DNA of 64,000 nt. It comes from Camelus ferus (taxonomy: Eukaryota). Under the pieces are notes generated by a model that was not told where the DNA came from, did no database searches, and saw only the letters and a program-made list of their open reading frames with translations. Below, piece after piece: positions 1 to 12,785 of the stretch; position 1 is the first letter of the stretch; every line of letters begins with the position of its first letter. A program made the position numbers and the translations under genes. Where the stretch lies: positions 37,636,001-37,700,000 of the forward strand of contig NC_045697.1 of the NCBI RefSeq assembly GCF_009834535.1, given 5' to 3'.

Positions 1-790
1 TAGATTTTGTTTTTGCAACTTGATGAATATTCCATCAGATGAATATTGCATACCCACATACCGGAGAGATCGCTAAGTGTTCTTTGATAAATTAGTCCCC
101 AGGAACTTTATCCTTTTTGTTTCTGCTATGAAGCATATCCTATTTTTAAGAAATACATTTCTTATATCTATAGTTGTTACTGGTATAGAGAAACACTACC
201 GATTTTTTAAGTTGTATCTGGCAACCTTGCTGATCTCTTATCTGTTCCAATAGTTGGTTGATTATTCTAATGGTTTTCTATATGGATGATCTTGTCAACA
301 GCAAATGACAATTACTTCTTTTCCCTTCAAATCCTTTTGCCTGTTATTCAATTTCTTTTCTTCCAGGGCAGTTGCCCAGGACTCCCAATATTAAGTTAAA
401 CAGCAGCAGTGAGAGTGAGCATCCTGTCTACTTCCCAGTCTTAGGTGGGTTCCTCTAGAATTTCTCCATCAAACATAATGTTTTCTGTAGATATTTGCCA
501 TATGACCTTTCTAAAATAAGGATATTTCCTTCTAGATCTGATTTTCTAAGAGTATTTTATTTTTAATCATACATAATTATTGAATTTTATCAGTGCTTTT
601 TATGGTTCTATTACAATAATTGTATAGTTTTTCTCCTTTAGTCTAATGTGGTAAGTTACATTGCTTGATTTTCTGATGTTGAATCATCCTTGCTTTCCTG
701 GAGGTAAAAATTTCCTTAATAGTGTATTATCATTGTCATAATATAAATGATGATGATGATAAATTGATATAGTTAGATTGGCCTCACTAA
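1..790 (-). mobile_element. Old L1 (L1M) ORF2 fragment, antisense
   Basis: Degenerate antisense ORF2 motifs, e.g. AGCAGTGAGAGTGAGCATCCTGTCT, GATTTTCTGATGTTGAATCATCCTTGCTTTCCTGG; T-rich; no open frame. Confidence 0.75.
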
Positions 791-804
791 CATCTTCAAA
801 GGCA

Positions 805-1692
805 TTTTTTTTAGAGCAGCTTTAGGCTCACAGCAAAATTGAGCAGAAAGTACAGCGTTCCCATATATCTCTTGCCTCTACACATGCATAGCCTCCCCCT
901 CCCCCTGCCGATATCAACCCTCCCCCCTCACCCGCTGGAATGGTACACTTACTACAACTGATGAACACATATTGACCAATTGTAATCACCCTAAGTCCGC
1001 AGTTTACATTCTCGTTCACTCTTGGTGTTGTACATTCTGTGGGTTTGGACAAATGTATAATGACATGTATCCATGTATCCATCGTTACAGTCTCAAACAG
1101 AGTATTTTCACTGTCCTAAAACTCCTCTGTGCTCTGCCTGTGTATCTCCCCACTGCACCACAACCTCTGGCAACCACTGATCCTTCTACCATCTCACAGT
1201 TTTGCCTTTTCCAGGATGTCATAGAGTTGGAACCATACAGTCTGCAGCCTTCTCAGATTGGCGTCTTTCACTTAGCAATATACATTTAATGTCCCTCCAT
1301 GTTTTTTCATGGTTTGATAGCTTATTTCTTTTTAGTACTATGTAATATCCCATTGTTTGAATGTACCAAAATTTTATTTGTTCATTTACCTTTTAAAGGA
1401 CATTTTGGTTGCTTCCAAGTTTGGGCAATTATAAATGAAACAGCTATAAAACTCTGTGTGCTGGTTTTGTGTGGACATAAGTTTTCAACTCCTTTAGGTA
1501 AGTACCAGAAAGTACAAATGCTGAGTCATATGGTAAGAGTGTGTTTATAAGAAACCAACAAACTGTCTTCCAAAGTGGCCACAGTATTTTGCATTTCCAC
1601 CAGCAAAGAATGAGAGTTCCTATTGCTCCACATCCTTGCCAGTATTTGTTGTTATCATGTTCTGGATTTCGGCCATTCTTACAGGTGTGTAT
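805..1692 (-). mobile_element. L1MC-type 3' end (L1MC1/2-like), antisense
   Basis: Begins TTTTTTTAGAGCAGCTTTAGGCTCACAGCAAAATTGAGCAGAAAGTACAG and contains CTTGGTGTTGTACATTCTGTGGGTTTGGACAAATG and CATTTCCACCAGCAAAGAATGAGAGTTCC, typical of the L1MC 3'UTR/ORF2 end. Confidence 0.85.
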
Positions 1693-1799
1693 TGAAAATA
1701 TCTTTTTAACAAAGGAATAACCCTGCTCCCCTACTCAAAGTCTTCTGCTGCCTTCCCATCACAATTACACTCAAACTCCCTACCCATAGCCTGTTAGGA

Positions 1800-1900
1800 A
1801 AGTGACCATATAATTTATCTATCCAAACCAGGCAATTCTGAGACTAAATAGAGGCTCTATATGTAATGATGCCTGGAAAAATGGACATCTCACACCTAAC
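1800..1900 (+). mobile_element. hAT-Blackjack MITE (MER81/MER94-like)
   Basis: AGTGACCATATAATTTATCTATCCAAACCAGG...GGACATCTCACACCTAA resembles the TAGGGTGACCATATAATTTATCGTCCAAACCGGG terminal inverted repeat (TIR) family. Confidence 0.6.
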
Positions 1901-2445
1901 CCTTTCCCTGATCCCTCAGCTCCAGCCACACTGGCCATGTTGCTATTTTCAATGGTTCCTACATTAAAGCTTTTACATGGCAAAAACTGGATAAGGATGT
2001 ATGAAATGCCTAGTATGTGTCAGGCACTGTATCTGGGGATACAGTGAACAAAGCACAGTTTCTACTTTCATGGGGTTCACATTCTAGAAGCTCTTTCCAT
2101 CTAGAAGACTTCCCAAAAATTTTCACATGGTTCATCCACTGACATCATTCAGATATTTGTTCAAATGTCCTCGAAAAGGTCTTCCCTGAATATCCCACCC
2201 ACAGTAGCCTGCCCCCACCACCCCATCAGTCTCTGTCCTCCGGCCCTAACTCATTATTTCTCATCAGTACCTGAAATTTTATTAGTCAATCGTTTTGTTT
2301 TCTTATAGTCTGTCTCTGCCTTAGAATGTTAGCTTCAGGAAGGCCAGGATTTTGCCTACCTTAGTCACTGCTAAATCCCCAGATCCTGGACCACTTCCTG
2401 CACTATCAGTCAATTATTATTTGTCTAATAAATAAATAATGAACT
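1900..2445. mobile_element. L2 fragments (both orientations)
   Basis: CTCCAGCCACACTGGCC; antisense GTGTCAGGCACTGTATCTGGGGATACAGTGAAC; 3' end TAGAATGTTAGCTTCAGGAAGGCCAGG...AATAAATAAATAATGAA. Confidence 0.65.
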
Positions 2446-3499
2446 GTCCACTGGGGACATTTCACATAGACAAGACTTTCCCTTTGGGAACACTTACCTA
2501 TGTTTTTCAAGAGTATTTAATAATAGTAAATTCTACTGAGACATCTAAAGAGAGTGTCCTTATCACAACAATTTCTTTAAAAAAAAAACAAACTTCTCAT
2601 GCTTTCCCCTAAGTGACAGAGATCCTCACTCTGCAATAAAAATTGGATGACACAGGAGAATCCGCAAGTAATTCTGAACTCTCTTGGCATCACTAAAACC
2701 TAGACTGAAAGCACATGTGTGAAAGAGTTAAGTCCTTTTTCTGGGGTCTTCCACGGCAGATTTATCCACCAGTCTCCCCACTAAAATGCTGGACTTTTGC
2801 AACTGCAAAGGAAGCACTTGCAAGGGAGCCCTGTCTTCCCCGAACGCTTTCCGCTCTGAGGTCTGCACCGTGAGGGTTTGTCAGGGATGTCTCCTCCTGC
2901 GGCCAAAGTCCAGCTGGCTGGAGTTTTTTCAGGGTATTGTCTGTGTGCTCCCAAAAGCTCTCTGTAGATAAGCATGTGTGTGGGAATGAGCTATAATTAT
3001 GAAATAATGAAAACAATTTTTCTGTAGAACTTATGGATATTATTCTCATGAAGATTGTCCAGTCAGATGTTTTTCCTTCATTCTGCCAAGTTTCTCAGAA
3101 ATTTAATTAAAAATGGCTTTGATGGTGTGTATCCAAGGGAAACCAGTTCCTGGCTTCAAAGAAGGAAGAAATAACACTTAACGCTATGATGCACCAAGAA
3201 AGCACAGGTAGGGGTTTGAACTAGTTTGCAGGCCAAATAGAGCCGATGGCTTAAAGAATTTGTTGAAAAAGATATTTTTGGGGAGTAGAGAATGTCATTT
3301 TATTCAATGTGACTTTTCAAGAGTCATGTGTCAAATACTCCTTGGGAAGTAATTCCTTGGAACCTTCCAGTTATCCAGCTTCTAGCATCCTATGATCACA
3401 ATTTCAATTAAAATACTTCTTAGAATGAATTTTATTTATTTCAATCCATGTCACCGGATCCCCAGGGCTGTCCTTTGTATTATTGTCCTAGACAGCAGT

Positions 3500-3690
3500 T
3501 TCATTTTGGTTGTAAGAATGCAGCTTGTGTTCAAATTCACCTTGAACAGGTTAAAGGTTTTCAACTAGCTGCCTGAAGCTCAGTGAGATACTTAACCTTC
3601 CTGTGATTCTGTTTGTGTCATCATAAAGTGGGTCTCGCATTTCCTACCTGTCGGCATGCTGTGAAGAATGAATGTGATCATATGTGGCGA
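3500..3690 (+). mobile_element. MIR fragment
   Basis: MIR core-like CTTAACCTTCCTGTGATTCTGTTTGTGTCATCATAAAGTGGG...GTGAAGAATGAATGTGATCATATG. Confidence 0.55.
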
Positions 3691-3717
3691 TATTTGCCAA
3701 TTACAGTTTGATATGAG

Positions 3718-4267
3718 CACAGCCAGGACCAAGGTGAGGCAAATGAAGAGAAAAATTTAACAAGAACCTAAAAAACGCAGCAATAAAAATAAAGCATATT
3801 TAAATACCATATTTAAATTTTTATTAAAGTTTAGTCAGTTTACATTGTGTCAGTTTCTGGTGTACAGCATAATGTTTCAGTCATGCATGTACATACATAT
3901 ATTTGTTTCCATATTCTCTTTCATTATAGGTTACTACAGGATATTGAAAATAGTTCCCTGTGCTATACAGAATAGACTTCTTGTTTATCAGTTTTATATA
4001 TAGTAGTTAATATTTGCAAATCTCAAAATCCCAGTTTATCCTGTCCCATCCCCTTCCCCACCCCCCACCCTGGTAACCATAAGTTTGTTTACTATGTCTG
4101 TGAGTCTGTTTCTGTTCTGCAAATTAGTTCATTGGTGTCTTCTTTTTTATTTTTTTTAAGATTCTACATATGAGTGATACCATATTAAATACCATACTTT
4201 TTAAAAGTCAAACTTTTAATGTAAAAAAAAATCCATGATGAACAAAATATCAAAAACACTGACCCTG
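3718..4267 (+). mobile_element. hAT-Tip100-like MITE split by a younger L1 insertion
   Basis: Left arm CAGCCAGGACCAAGGTGAGGCAAATGA...AAAATTTAA (3718-3811); right arm ...AATCCATGATGAACAAAATATCAAAA...CTGACCCTG (4185-4267). Confidence 0.55.
3812..4184 (-). mobile_element. 5'-truncated young (camelid/cetartiodactyl-type) L1 3' end
   Basis: Antisense 3'UTR (TTTCTGGTGTACAGCATAATGTTTCAGTCA...GGTAACCATAAGTTTGTTT) flanked by 12-bp TSD TTAAATACCATA at 3800-3811 and 4185-4196. Confidence 0.9.
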
Positions 4268-5234
4268 GGCATGAAAATATGTTAGGTAGAGATATGAAGG
4301 ACAGATACTTGACCAGCAGTCTTTGCTGTACTGCACATTTTTAAGACTGTCCTTTGTTTTCAGAAACTGGTTTCAGAGCTGGGTTGCCAACTGCTTTTGC
4401 TTCCTCACTGTCTGTCATCTAGAAATTGTTCTCAACTTGTTGTTTGCTTGAACTCTTGCTTTCTCTTCCTTGCAGGTACATAGCTGGCTGACCATTCTTT
4501 CATTCTTCAAGTTCCTCCATTGTCCTGCAAGGGGCGCTCTGGTTCTTTGAAAAATGTCCTCTTTTAGTTCAAGATTTGGTCTTTAACCTTGGTTTCCTGA
4601 TATTTGACGTCTGCGTCAAAGGTTGGCTTTTTCTAAGGCTCTCACGGTGATGCAGTGATGTCAAAAGAAGCACCTGCTTTATGGGACACTCTCAGGTGGG
4701 TCTTCACATGGACTTGCATCCACTCGTCCAGCCAGGTGACAAGCCCAGGCATACAACCTTTGGATTTCATGGAAACACAAAGGCAACCAATGTGTAAATA
4801 TGAAGCAAGTTTAGAAGTTTAGCACGTGTCCCTGACAGAATTTTCTCAAATTCTCCCCTCCTGTGCAAGCAGAGAGCATTCATTGATCTATTGTTATCAC
4901 GATCATCAGATCCCTGTTTCTACCCAAAGCTACTCTTTATTGCTTACTTACTATGCTTAGTTGCTATGCATACACTATCTCATCCAGCTCTTACAACCTC
5001 CCTTTGGGTTAGGAATTATTAGTCCCTTTATGGATGAGGAGACACAGTCTTAGACAGACTGTTACAGCTAGCAATAATAGGTTCATTCATTTATGCATTT
5101 GACAAATATTTACAAAGCTCTTACAATGACTGAGGCTCTGTGTTAGTATCTTTGAGGCTAAGATATACTGCAGCTGAGTTAAACAGACAGGGATTCATAA
5201 AAGGCTATATTGAGTAGCTCACAGGCTCTTGGGG

Positions 5235-5619
5235 AGATGTGGTTATGCCAACAGGGACAAAGCCTCAAGTCACTTCCCAGACTCAATCTAGTGAGGAAAT
5301 CATCACCACTGACTCCACCATCAGAGGCACTAGAAGGTGCCACCAACACCGCCAACACAGCCGGACTGCAGCCTCCGCCAGAGGGCGCATTTGATGTCCT
5401 GGCTGCTCTGCATCATTAGCTGTCCATTTGGGGCATCTGTTTGGAAGAATGTAAGTCACATGTCCAAACCCCAGTTACAAAGAAGGCTGGGAATGTGAAC
5501 GCCTGGGGATTTCTACAGTAAGTGTGGGGGGTAGGTCTTTAACAAAGACTCAATTCCCAAAATATGGAAAGGGTCTTTAGATGCTGGTACAGCCAAAATA
5601 ATGACAAGTGACCACTACA
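5235..5619 (-). mobile_element. ERVL solo LTR (LTR33/LTR41-like)
   Basis: Reverse complement starts TGTAGTGGTCACTTGTCATTATTTTGGCTGTACCAGCATCT and contains TTCCCAGCCTTCTTTGTAACTGGGGTTTGGACATGTGAC, as in LTR33-family LTRs. Confidence 0.65.
5375..5388 (+). promoter_or_regulatory. Candidate CTCF binding site
   Basis: CCGCCAGAGGGCGC closely matches the CTCF core consensus, with both CpGs retained; a second weaker match GCACTAGAAGGTGC lies at 5327-5340. Confidence 0.55.
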
Positions 5620-6559
5620 TGGAGTCCTTGCCCTGCAGGCACTTACAGACTAACAAGAGAGAAGCAGCACACACATGGCTGCAGTGCCTAAGACACGCCG
5701 CCAAAATGATGTGGACCAGGAGTGCTTCTTGTTGGGGAGAAGCGAGAGTTCAATTCTAGCTGGAGATAACAGGATGGATTCAAAGCAGGGCTCACACTTC
5801 TGCCAGGTCTTAAAGAGTGGTAGAATTTGGAGAGAGAACAATGGTGAGTGGGAAAAAATTAATAATAAATAAATAAAACGAAAACAAACAAAAGAAGAAA
5901 TGTAGCTAGTTCGCACTAGATTTTGAAAACTTAATATTAAAAAAAGGCGAAGATATGCAAAATATTTAGTTGATCATTTTTCTGCATTGTTTATTTTTCA
6001 GCTTCTTTGAGGCATAATTGACAAATAAATTTGTAATATATTTAAAGTGTAAAAAAAAAAAAAAGCTGAGTGGATCAAATAGGAATGACAGTTCAAAGAA
6101 TGAGGCACCCAGGCAAAAAGGTCCCAGGCGTGTTGGCGATGAGGAGTCCTCATGTTGCACTGAGTGGAGGAGTAGAACAGAGATTTACACCAGAGATGCA
6201 GACGTGAGATGATAAATCCTGGCCAGGGTGTATGGCCACAGTGAAGGAGAGAAAAAATAAACTCAGGAGTAACTATGAAAGAAGCATCAACTGAGCTTAT
6301 TCTTTTAGCACTTGTCCTGGTTATAATTTCTTATTTGAGTCTATGATTTTGTGGGTACCATGTCTCCTCTATCAGACAGGAGCCTGATGAGGCTGGGACC
6401 ATGTCAGCTACTCCTCCCCATCATATTCCCAGTGTCTTGCCTGGTGCTGGCTGCATAGAAGGAGCTCAGGAGATATTTGTTGAGGGGAAGACAGGTTGAT
6501 AAACAGACCGATATGTAATTCGATAGGGCACAGCAAATGGAGATAACAAAGATGATTCT

Positions 6560-6690
6560 GAGGTTTTGGTCATATGGAAGTCTCATAGACATATTGAGTT
6601 TGTGGTCCAAAGCGATATCTTTGGGGAACTTTTTCGGCTGGTTTTTGGAGATGAGGAGAAAATGACTTGTTGCTTAACAGGATTAGGCAG
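6560..6690 (-). mobile_element. L3/CR1 ORF2 remnant
   Basis: The minus frame reads DHKLNMS, matching the CR1/L3 RT C-terminal motif (V)DHKLNMSQQC. Confidence 0.5.
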
Positions 6691-7485
6691 CTAAGTCTGT
6701 TCTGTATGAAGGTGCGACGGCCAACACATCTCAAGCATGCAGTGCAATGATGACATTCCACGAGCAGCATAGACTGGCTTTGGGGGCAAAGTGATATTTG
6801 AGTACCATCTCTTGTTCCACACCGTCTGTGCCACTGTCCTACGTTCCCCTGATTGGTATAGGTAGTCAGGACAGGACCGGATGATCTAACTGGAGGGGTG
6901 TATCTCCTCCGACGAGCTTTGTCCAGTTGCCTGTCCTCCCTCACATTGAGCGTGAAACAGAGTAAGAGTGGACGTCCAATCCAGGTTGGGAGAAGAGAAA
7001 GAATGCACGTCAAAGTTGTGGCCCCAAGTCCCACCAGGCTACGTGTGAGAGTGTTCCTCCATCTTATGCCATAATTCACACCGAGCTGATTAATTTTTCA
7101 CAGTGAGGCTCTTAGGGTGTACTTCAGTCTTGCTCTCCTGGGGGCAAATGACCCAAGTAGAGTTTGGTGGCTAATATGAGGGCAGGATTTAAGGAATTAC
7201 ACAAATGCTGGAGGGTTTCCACTGAGCTCCCTTGGTAACAGCAGTGAGGTGATAGGGAACATTTTATAAATTAAGCTGCTTTAGCCAGAAAAGGAAGCAG
7301 AACTTCTGCTTCCTTACAGTTAACTCTTTCTCTCCCAATAATAAGAAAAGTGAGTGATGGATGTCCATTGTGTCTCCCCTGAGTTTGGTTAGAAATAATA
7401 AGTGAATCTGGGTTGCAGGACTCTCAGAAGAATCTAAATTATCCAAGCTAGCAAAAAGGGGACGTGTTTGAAGAAGGGAAAACCA

Positions 7486-7720
7486 GGTAGTGGACATTTG
7501 TGGCTTTGAGCCTTCCAGCAGCCTTTATTTGGGTACCACAACCCACACCTCCTCTGGGGCCATCCCCCCACCCTGATCTCAGTCGGGGTTCCAGGGTGGG
7601 CATGTGGCCTGCAGAGAGCACCACACCCTTGCCCAGAGAGGTCAGTTTAGGGATGGATACGTTTCTTACCAAGTCAGTCAGAGAAAGTCCTGGGGTCTGT
7701 AGCTGTTGTCATTGCAGAGT
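7486..7720 (+). mobile_element. MaLR LTR fragment (MLT1K/L-like)
   Basis: GTAGTGGACATTTGTGG...CCAGGGTGGGCATGTGGCC...AGGGATGGATACGT. Confidence 0.6.
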
Positions 7721-7846
7721 AGTTGCAGAAAGGTATGGACCTAGCCTTATAACACGATTGTATCAAAAAAGTATTGGAAATTTCTTTGGAAAATGAACTT
7801 GCTCAACAGCTCTTTGTTCGCACTTTATAACAACCCTAAACACAAA

Positions 7847-8200
7847 TATTATGGACTGAATATTTGCACCCCCCAAAATTCATATGTCAAAACCCTAACC
7901 CTCAGTGTGATGCTATCAGGAGGGGGGGGCACTTTGGGAGGTGAGTAGGTCACAAGGAGGGAGCCCTCGCGAGTGGGTTGGTGCCCTTATAGAAGAGCTG
8001 GAAGAGTTTACGCTCACTTTGCTTTCCACCACATGAACCTATGAAAAGAAGACGGCCATCTGCAAACCAGAAAGGCTCTCACCAGACAGCGGATTGTTTG
8101 GTGCCTTGATTTTGGACTTCTCAGCCTCCAGGTTGTGAGAGATAAATGTCTCTTGTTTAAGCCACCCAGTCTGTGGTGTTCCGTCATAGCTGACTACAAT
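7847..8200 (+). mobile_element. MaLR solo LTR (MLT1A-like)
   Basis: TATTATGGACTGAATATTTGCACCCCCCAAAATTCATATGT...TTGGACTTCTCAGCCTCCAGGTTGTGAGAGATAAATGTCTCTTGTTTAAGCCACCCAGTCTGTGG. Confidence 0.85.
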
Positions 8201-10869
8201 AGCAAGCTACTTTGTATGAGAATTATTTAGGTGTTTCTGTGTCCCTCTCAACTGGGCTATGGATCCAGGGGACAAAGACTATATCTTTTTTAAAATCTTA
8301 TATTCCCAGAGCACTTAGCACAGTGATTCACACATGAAATCTTTAGATACATTTATAGAAATGAATCAACTTCAGTCGTGCCCAGGTATGGGCAATGGAT
8401 GTCCAAAAATGGATGGATATGATGGAAAACAGCTCTTCACAGAGATTTTGCAAACTACCCAAGATTTCACTTCATGGACACATGCTGAAATAGATAACTT
8501 TATGAAAGTGTTACTTCATTTGCTGAAGCGTTGCATGAGACAACTCCTTCAGAACTAAGAGCAAAATGCTTTGCTTCCTGAAGAAAGAGTATTTTTTCCC
8601 TTGTGGATAATAACATCTGTGTAAATGACCATATTTCTTTCTTTGCTTTGGCCATCAGGAAGCTCTGAGGTAAATTTCCTGCTTGATTATTTTATCTTGA
8701 TAAGATTTTTTTTTGGTTTTCTCATCTTCATTCTGCACTTATTCTAATTTACATTTCTCTGACCCTGCTATTCAATTTTAAGCTCATATTTTATTATATA
8801 TATTATTTGTTCAACAAGGTATAGGATACTAATAAGCCAATTCTGGCTCAAATAATTTTTGTCAAAGCTCATGGATGCCTGAGACAACAGTCCTAAGTGT
8901 CTAGAACAAAGGGATATTTGCTTGACTCTTGCAAAGTGGAATGCACTGTTTTCCTAAAACATAACTCCTGCGCAGGAGATGGTACTGATGGTGAGAGTTC
9001 TTTTCTGGGCTTCTGCCCTGACCTGCAATGAATTCCTTAACCTTGACAGGTTCTCTTTTCTAATATGGGGTTAGCATTGCTCATTGCACAACTCCATTTG
9101 GGTTCATGGGTTAATGTTTGAAATCATTCTGAATATGAAAAACTCAGGGTTGTCTCTGTCTTAGTTGCCTGTTAAGCCTCATCTTTGTAAAAGATGCCTT
9201 TCTGTTCTATGAAGACATTTCCCTTAAGAGTCTGCCAAAATCATCAGAAAAATCAGTAGAGGCAGCAACAGGCAAAAAGGAACCCACACTGGACATCTGA
9301 ATATGACTCAGGGACACCAAACAAGGGACATAGAAAGAGATGGGGGGCAAGAATCTAGGACTTGCAGGGGCACGGGACCAGCGAGATTTCCAGGAGAAAT
9401 TACGGAAACATCTGCAAGGTCAGGGCAGGAAGTCCAGGGCCGCTTCTCAGAGAGGGAAGCGCCTTCTTTGGGATTGCTACAGCAGAGCTGAAGTGCCGTA
9501 ACCAGGGCCCGGGGGCCGAGGGAAGACCAGGGGGCAAACAGCAAGAACAACCAACAACAGTTCATCAACTCATCAACCCAAGTCCTTCAGCCACACAGAA
9601 GGGAGGATGGTCTCGGGGACTTGGGGCCCAGTGAACGGCATTTGCCAGGCCCAGATGTAGCTCAGCAGTAGTTGCAGTAATTAATAAAGAATCTGTGTTC
9701 AGAAAAAGCTCTTGACTGCTTTTGTTTCTGTTCCCCCAGGCTTTGCCAATCCGGGCACCACAAAGGGCTAATGAAAGGATAAAGCAAACAAGGTTGATAA
9801 TCAAACATTTGTGAAATTTTGCCATTATGGTGTTTGGAAAACACAAAGTCTGCAAGACCTCAGCTGAATAGCAACAGATAACTGGCCAGAAAAATACATC
9901 CAGGAGGGGCTTGGACTGCTTTGGGTATGAAAGGAATGTCTCCCTGTAGCTCCATGGGGGTGTGGTGAGGTAGGACCGGGGTTGGGGCTGGACTACTGGG
10001 GACTCACTTCAAATACTGCCTGTTTGGCAAAAGACCTCCTACTTCGCTGAGATGGCTCCGGCAGCACACATCCAACCCTTCTCTGCTTGCAGTCCACCCT
10101 TTCACACCATTCCCCTGAAGAGAGCTCACTTTCAGCCCGAACATTTAGAATCTCCCCCTCTGTGACCCTCGCACTTTACATCAGTCCAGCATTGTTCAGC
10201 CTGACAGATGACCCAACCTCCCGGTTTTCTTTAAATAATAGGAGCACATTTGCTCTCTGGAAATACCAGGCTGCATCCAAATTTAAAAAAGAAAAATAGG
10301 AGAGGAAAGCATTCAAACAAATCTCTTGGAATGGGGCTCCCGTGGTAACATACCGAATAAAGGAAAACAGGAAAGCAATTGCAATATTAAAAATAGATGA
10401 CTTCCTGCATGTAAATTCTTCGCTGACCTTGTTGATTGGAGTGTGGTCAGTGTTTGCTGGCCTGCCACCTCCTGACTTCATGAGAGTTCGTACCAACAGA
10501 CAGTTCTCAGGGCTCTGGGATCCGCCCCTCCACCCGCCCCCATTGTAAAAGCATTTGTTTCTACAAAAAGCTTCGGCCTGTGGGCATCAAGCCTTTTCTC
10601 CTTGATGCTTAATGCGTATCAGAGATCGATTCCTTATCCTTTGTTTCATTCTTCTGTGTCTAAGGAGAATTGGGTAAATATGAGAATAACTCGGAGGGCC
10701 CTGGAGGGGGGACAGTAACTGTGCATAATACAGGCACCTTGATGAAGTTAGTGACCTCTGCCAACGTAGCCTGAAAGTCATAATGGAGAAAGTAATGCAT
10801 TATCCTGCTGAGAGGGCATCCAACCCCCAAGTGAACACCCACTGAACACCTATTCACTTAGGCCACACC

Positions 10870-11150
10870 AGGCCCTCGGTGAGCTTATAATCTACTTGGA
10901 TAATACAGACAGTAAACAATAAGTAAATTACATAGTGTATTATCAGATAGATGCATAGAAGAGAGGAAAAGGAAAATAGGGTAAGGAGGCTGGGGCAGGT
11001 GGGTGATATTAAATAAGATAGAGTGGCCCTTAGTAAGAAGGTAATGTATAAGCGAAGATACCTGTGAGGCAGGTATCTCGAGAAAGAGTGCAGGCTGATG
11101 TGCAGCACAAGCAAAAGTCCTGAGGCAGGACCATCATGCTTCCTGAACAG
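10870..11150 (-). mobile_element. L2 fragment, antisense
   Basis: GCCCTCGGTGAGCTTATAATCTA...CAGCACAAGCAAAAGTCCTGAGGCAGGA. Confidence 0.6.
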
Positions 11151-11336
11151 TAAGACTTGGCTTCGCTCTCTTCCACTGCCTGGGAGGCCCGGACAAGACA
11201 GTTACTCTCCGTGGGCAGCAGAGGGAATGGCTTTGAAGCAGCAGGAGCAATGATAAAAATGATTTCAACAGAGGCAGTTCTTTGGAACTGGAGTGTGTGG
11301 GGGTGAAAAGGCAAGGTCACACATTAAGAAAAGGAG

Positions 11337-11700
11337 AAATATACCATATGATATCCCTTACATGTGGAATTGGAAAAAAAATAGACACAAATGAACTTAT
11401 TTACAAAACAGAAACAGACTCACAGATATAGAAAGCAAACTTACCGTTACCAGGGGAGAAAAGGGACGGGAAGGGATAAATTGGGAGTTCGAGATTTACA
11501 GATACTAACAACTATATACAAAATAGATAAACAACAAGGTCCTACTGTATAGCACAGGAAACTATATTCATACCTTGTAATAGCCTATAATGAAAAAGAA
11601 TATGAAGAGGAACATATGTATGTATATGTAAGACTGAAACATTATGCTGTACACCAGAAATTGACTATACTTCTATAAAAAAAAGAAAAAGAAAAAGAAA
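11337..11700 (+). mobile_element. 5'-truncated young L1 3' end with A-rich tail
   Basis: ATGAACTTATTTACAAAACAGAAACAGACTCACAG...GGGATAAATTGGGAGTTCGAGATT...; TSD AAGAAAAGGAG at 11326-11336 and 11701-11711. Confidence 0.9.
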
Positions 11701-12379
11701 AAGAAAAGGAGCATGTTCCAAGATACCACTCCCTGAGTGGAGAATCAGGGCTGGAATCTCAAGGGCACACCCAAAACAAGTCAGCAGGAGACAAGGAGGG
11801 TTGTTGTGTTTTGATTCCCCAGCAGTTATGAGTGTGGCCTGGTTCCTTCTGAAGCACTTGTGGAATTTGGCCGTGGATCACAGAATTCTAGGATTGTTCC
11901 TTCCCGGCCGTGCTTGTCCCTCTAATCCCCTTCCTCAGATCGCCTTGGTCACTGGAGTTCTCTTAACCATTTTCTGGTCGGGGCCACTCTTAAAATTAGA
12001 TCTTACCAAGGGATGGATCAGTACCTCTCAGGACTTCCCCCTCCTCTCTCCACCAAGGCAGGCTGCTTACTGTAGTCAGAGGTCCTGGGGGGAATTCACA
12101 CTCCTGGGTAAAGAGGCGTGGGTGTGACCGGGGCTGGGAACTCAGGTATTTATCAAAAAACATTTGATTTTCTCCCATAGCCATTAGGGTTCTAGGGTGA
12201 GAGAGAGAGATGGAGCATGTGTGTTTAAAACCCTCCCAGTTTCCTACTGTTTGGGGGAAAAAGTCAATGCACCTTAACAGCCTTCATGCACCTATAGTCT
12301 ATCTTTCCAAATCTTCCTTCTTGCTAAATGAACACCTGGGCATTTCTCTGAGGGGTCCTGCTTCCTATTGCCTCCAGGT

Positions 12380-12612
12380 GTGTGTACCTGTCATCCTGGA
12401 ATACTCTTCTGGCCCCCTCTTCCCCTGGCTAAACCTTGCTCATCCTTCAAGTCCCAGCTCATCAGTCCCTCCTCCAGGAGAAATTTCTGAACCCCCTAAT
12501 TAGGTGGGGCCACTGTCCTTCCCGAACTTAGCATGGCACTGACCCATAGTAAGTGCTCAATAAATACTGATGCTTTATAAATTCAGTTATGAATGAATGA
12601 ATGAATGAATGA
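12380..12612 (+). mobile_element. L2 3' end with (GAAT)n tail
   Basis: CATAGTAAGTGCTCAATAAATA...GAATGAATGAATGAATGAATGA. Confidence 0.65.
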
Positions 12613-12770
12613 GCAAATGAGCAGAAAGAGAAGCTCAAATCAATGTGTATCTTTTTTTAAACTGAAGACCAGGTGGACAAAAGCCCCTACCACAAAGGAA
12701 GGAGAGGAGAATAAAAGAAAATAAGTTCTTTAAGGTCTGAAGTGCTTTTGCTTAAGGCAATTTTCAGGCC

Positions 12771-12785
12771 AGGTCAACCAGGTCA
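12771..12785 (+). promoter_or_regulatory. Perfect DR3 nuclear-receptor element (candidate)
   Basis: AGGTCA-ACC-AGGTCA; motif match only, function untested. Confidence 0.3.

Noticed and set aside
4455..4480. Strong-looking splice acceptor (also ~9720-9740, and a donor at ~19032)
   Set aside because: No consistent exon chain or recognisable coding frame could be built; cannot be supported without transcript data.
6570..7079. 169-aa minus-strand ORF
   Set aside because: No recognisable protein similarity, non-ATG start, and it overlaps an L3/CR1 remnant.
8334..8558. 74-aa ATG ORF with a helical-looking C-terminus
   Set aside because: Starts within an L2 tail and resembles no protein I recognise.
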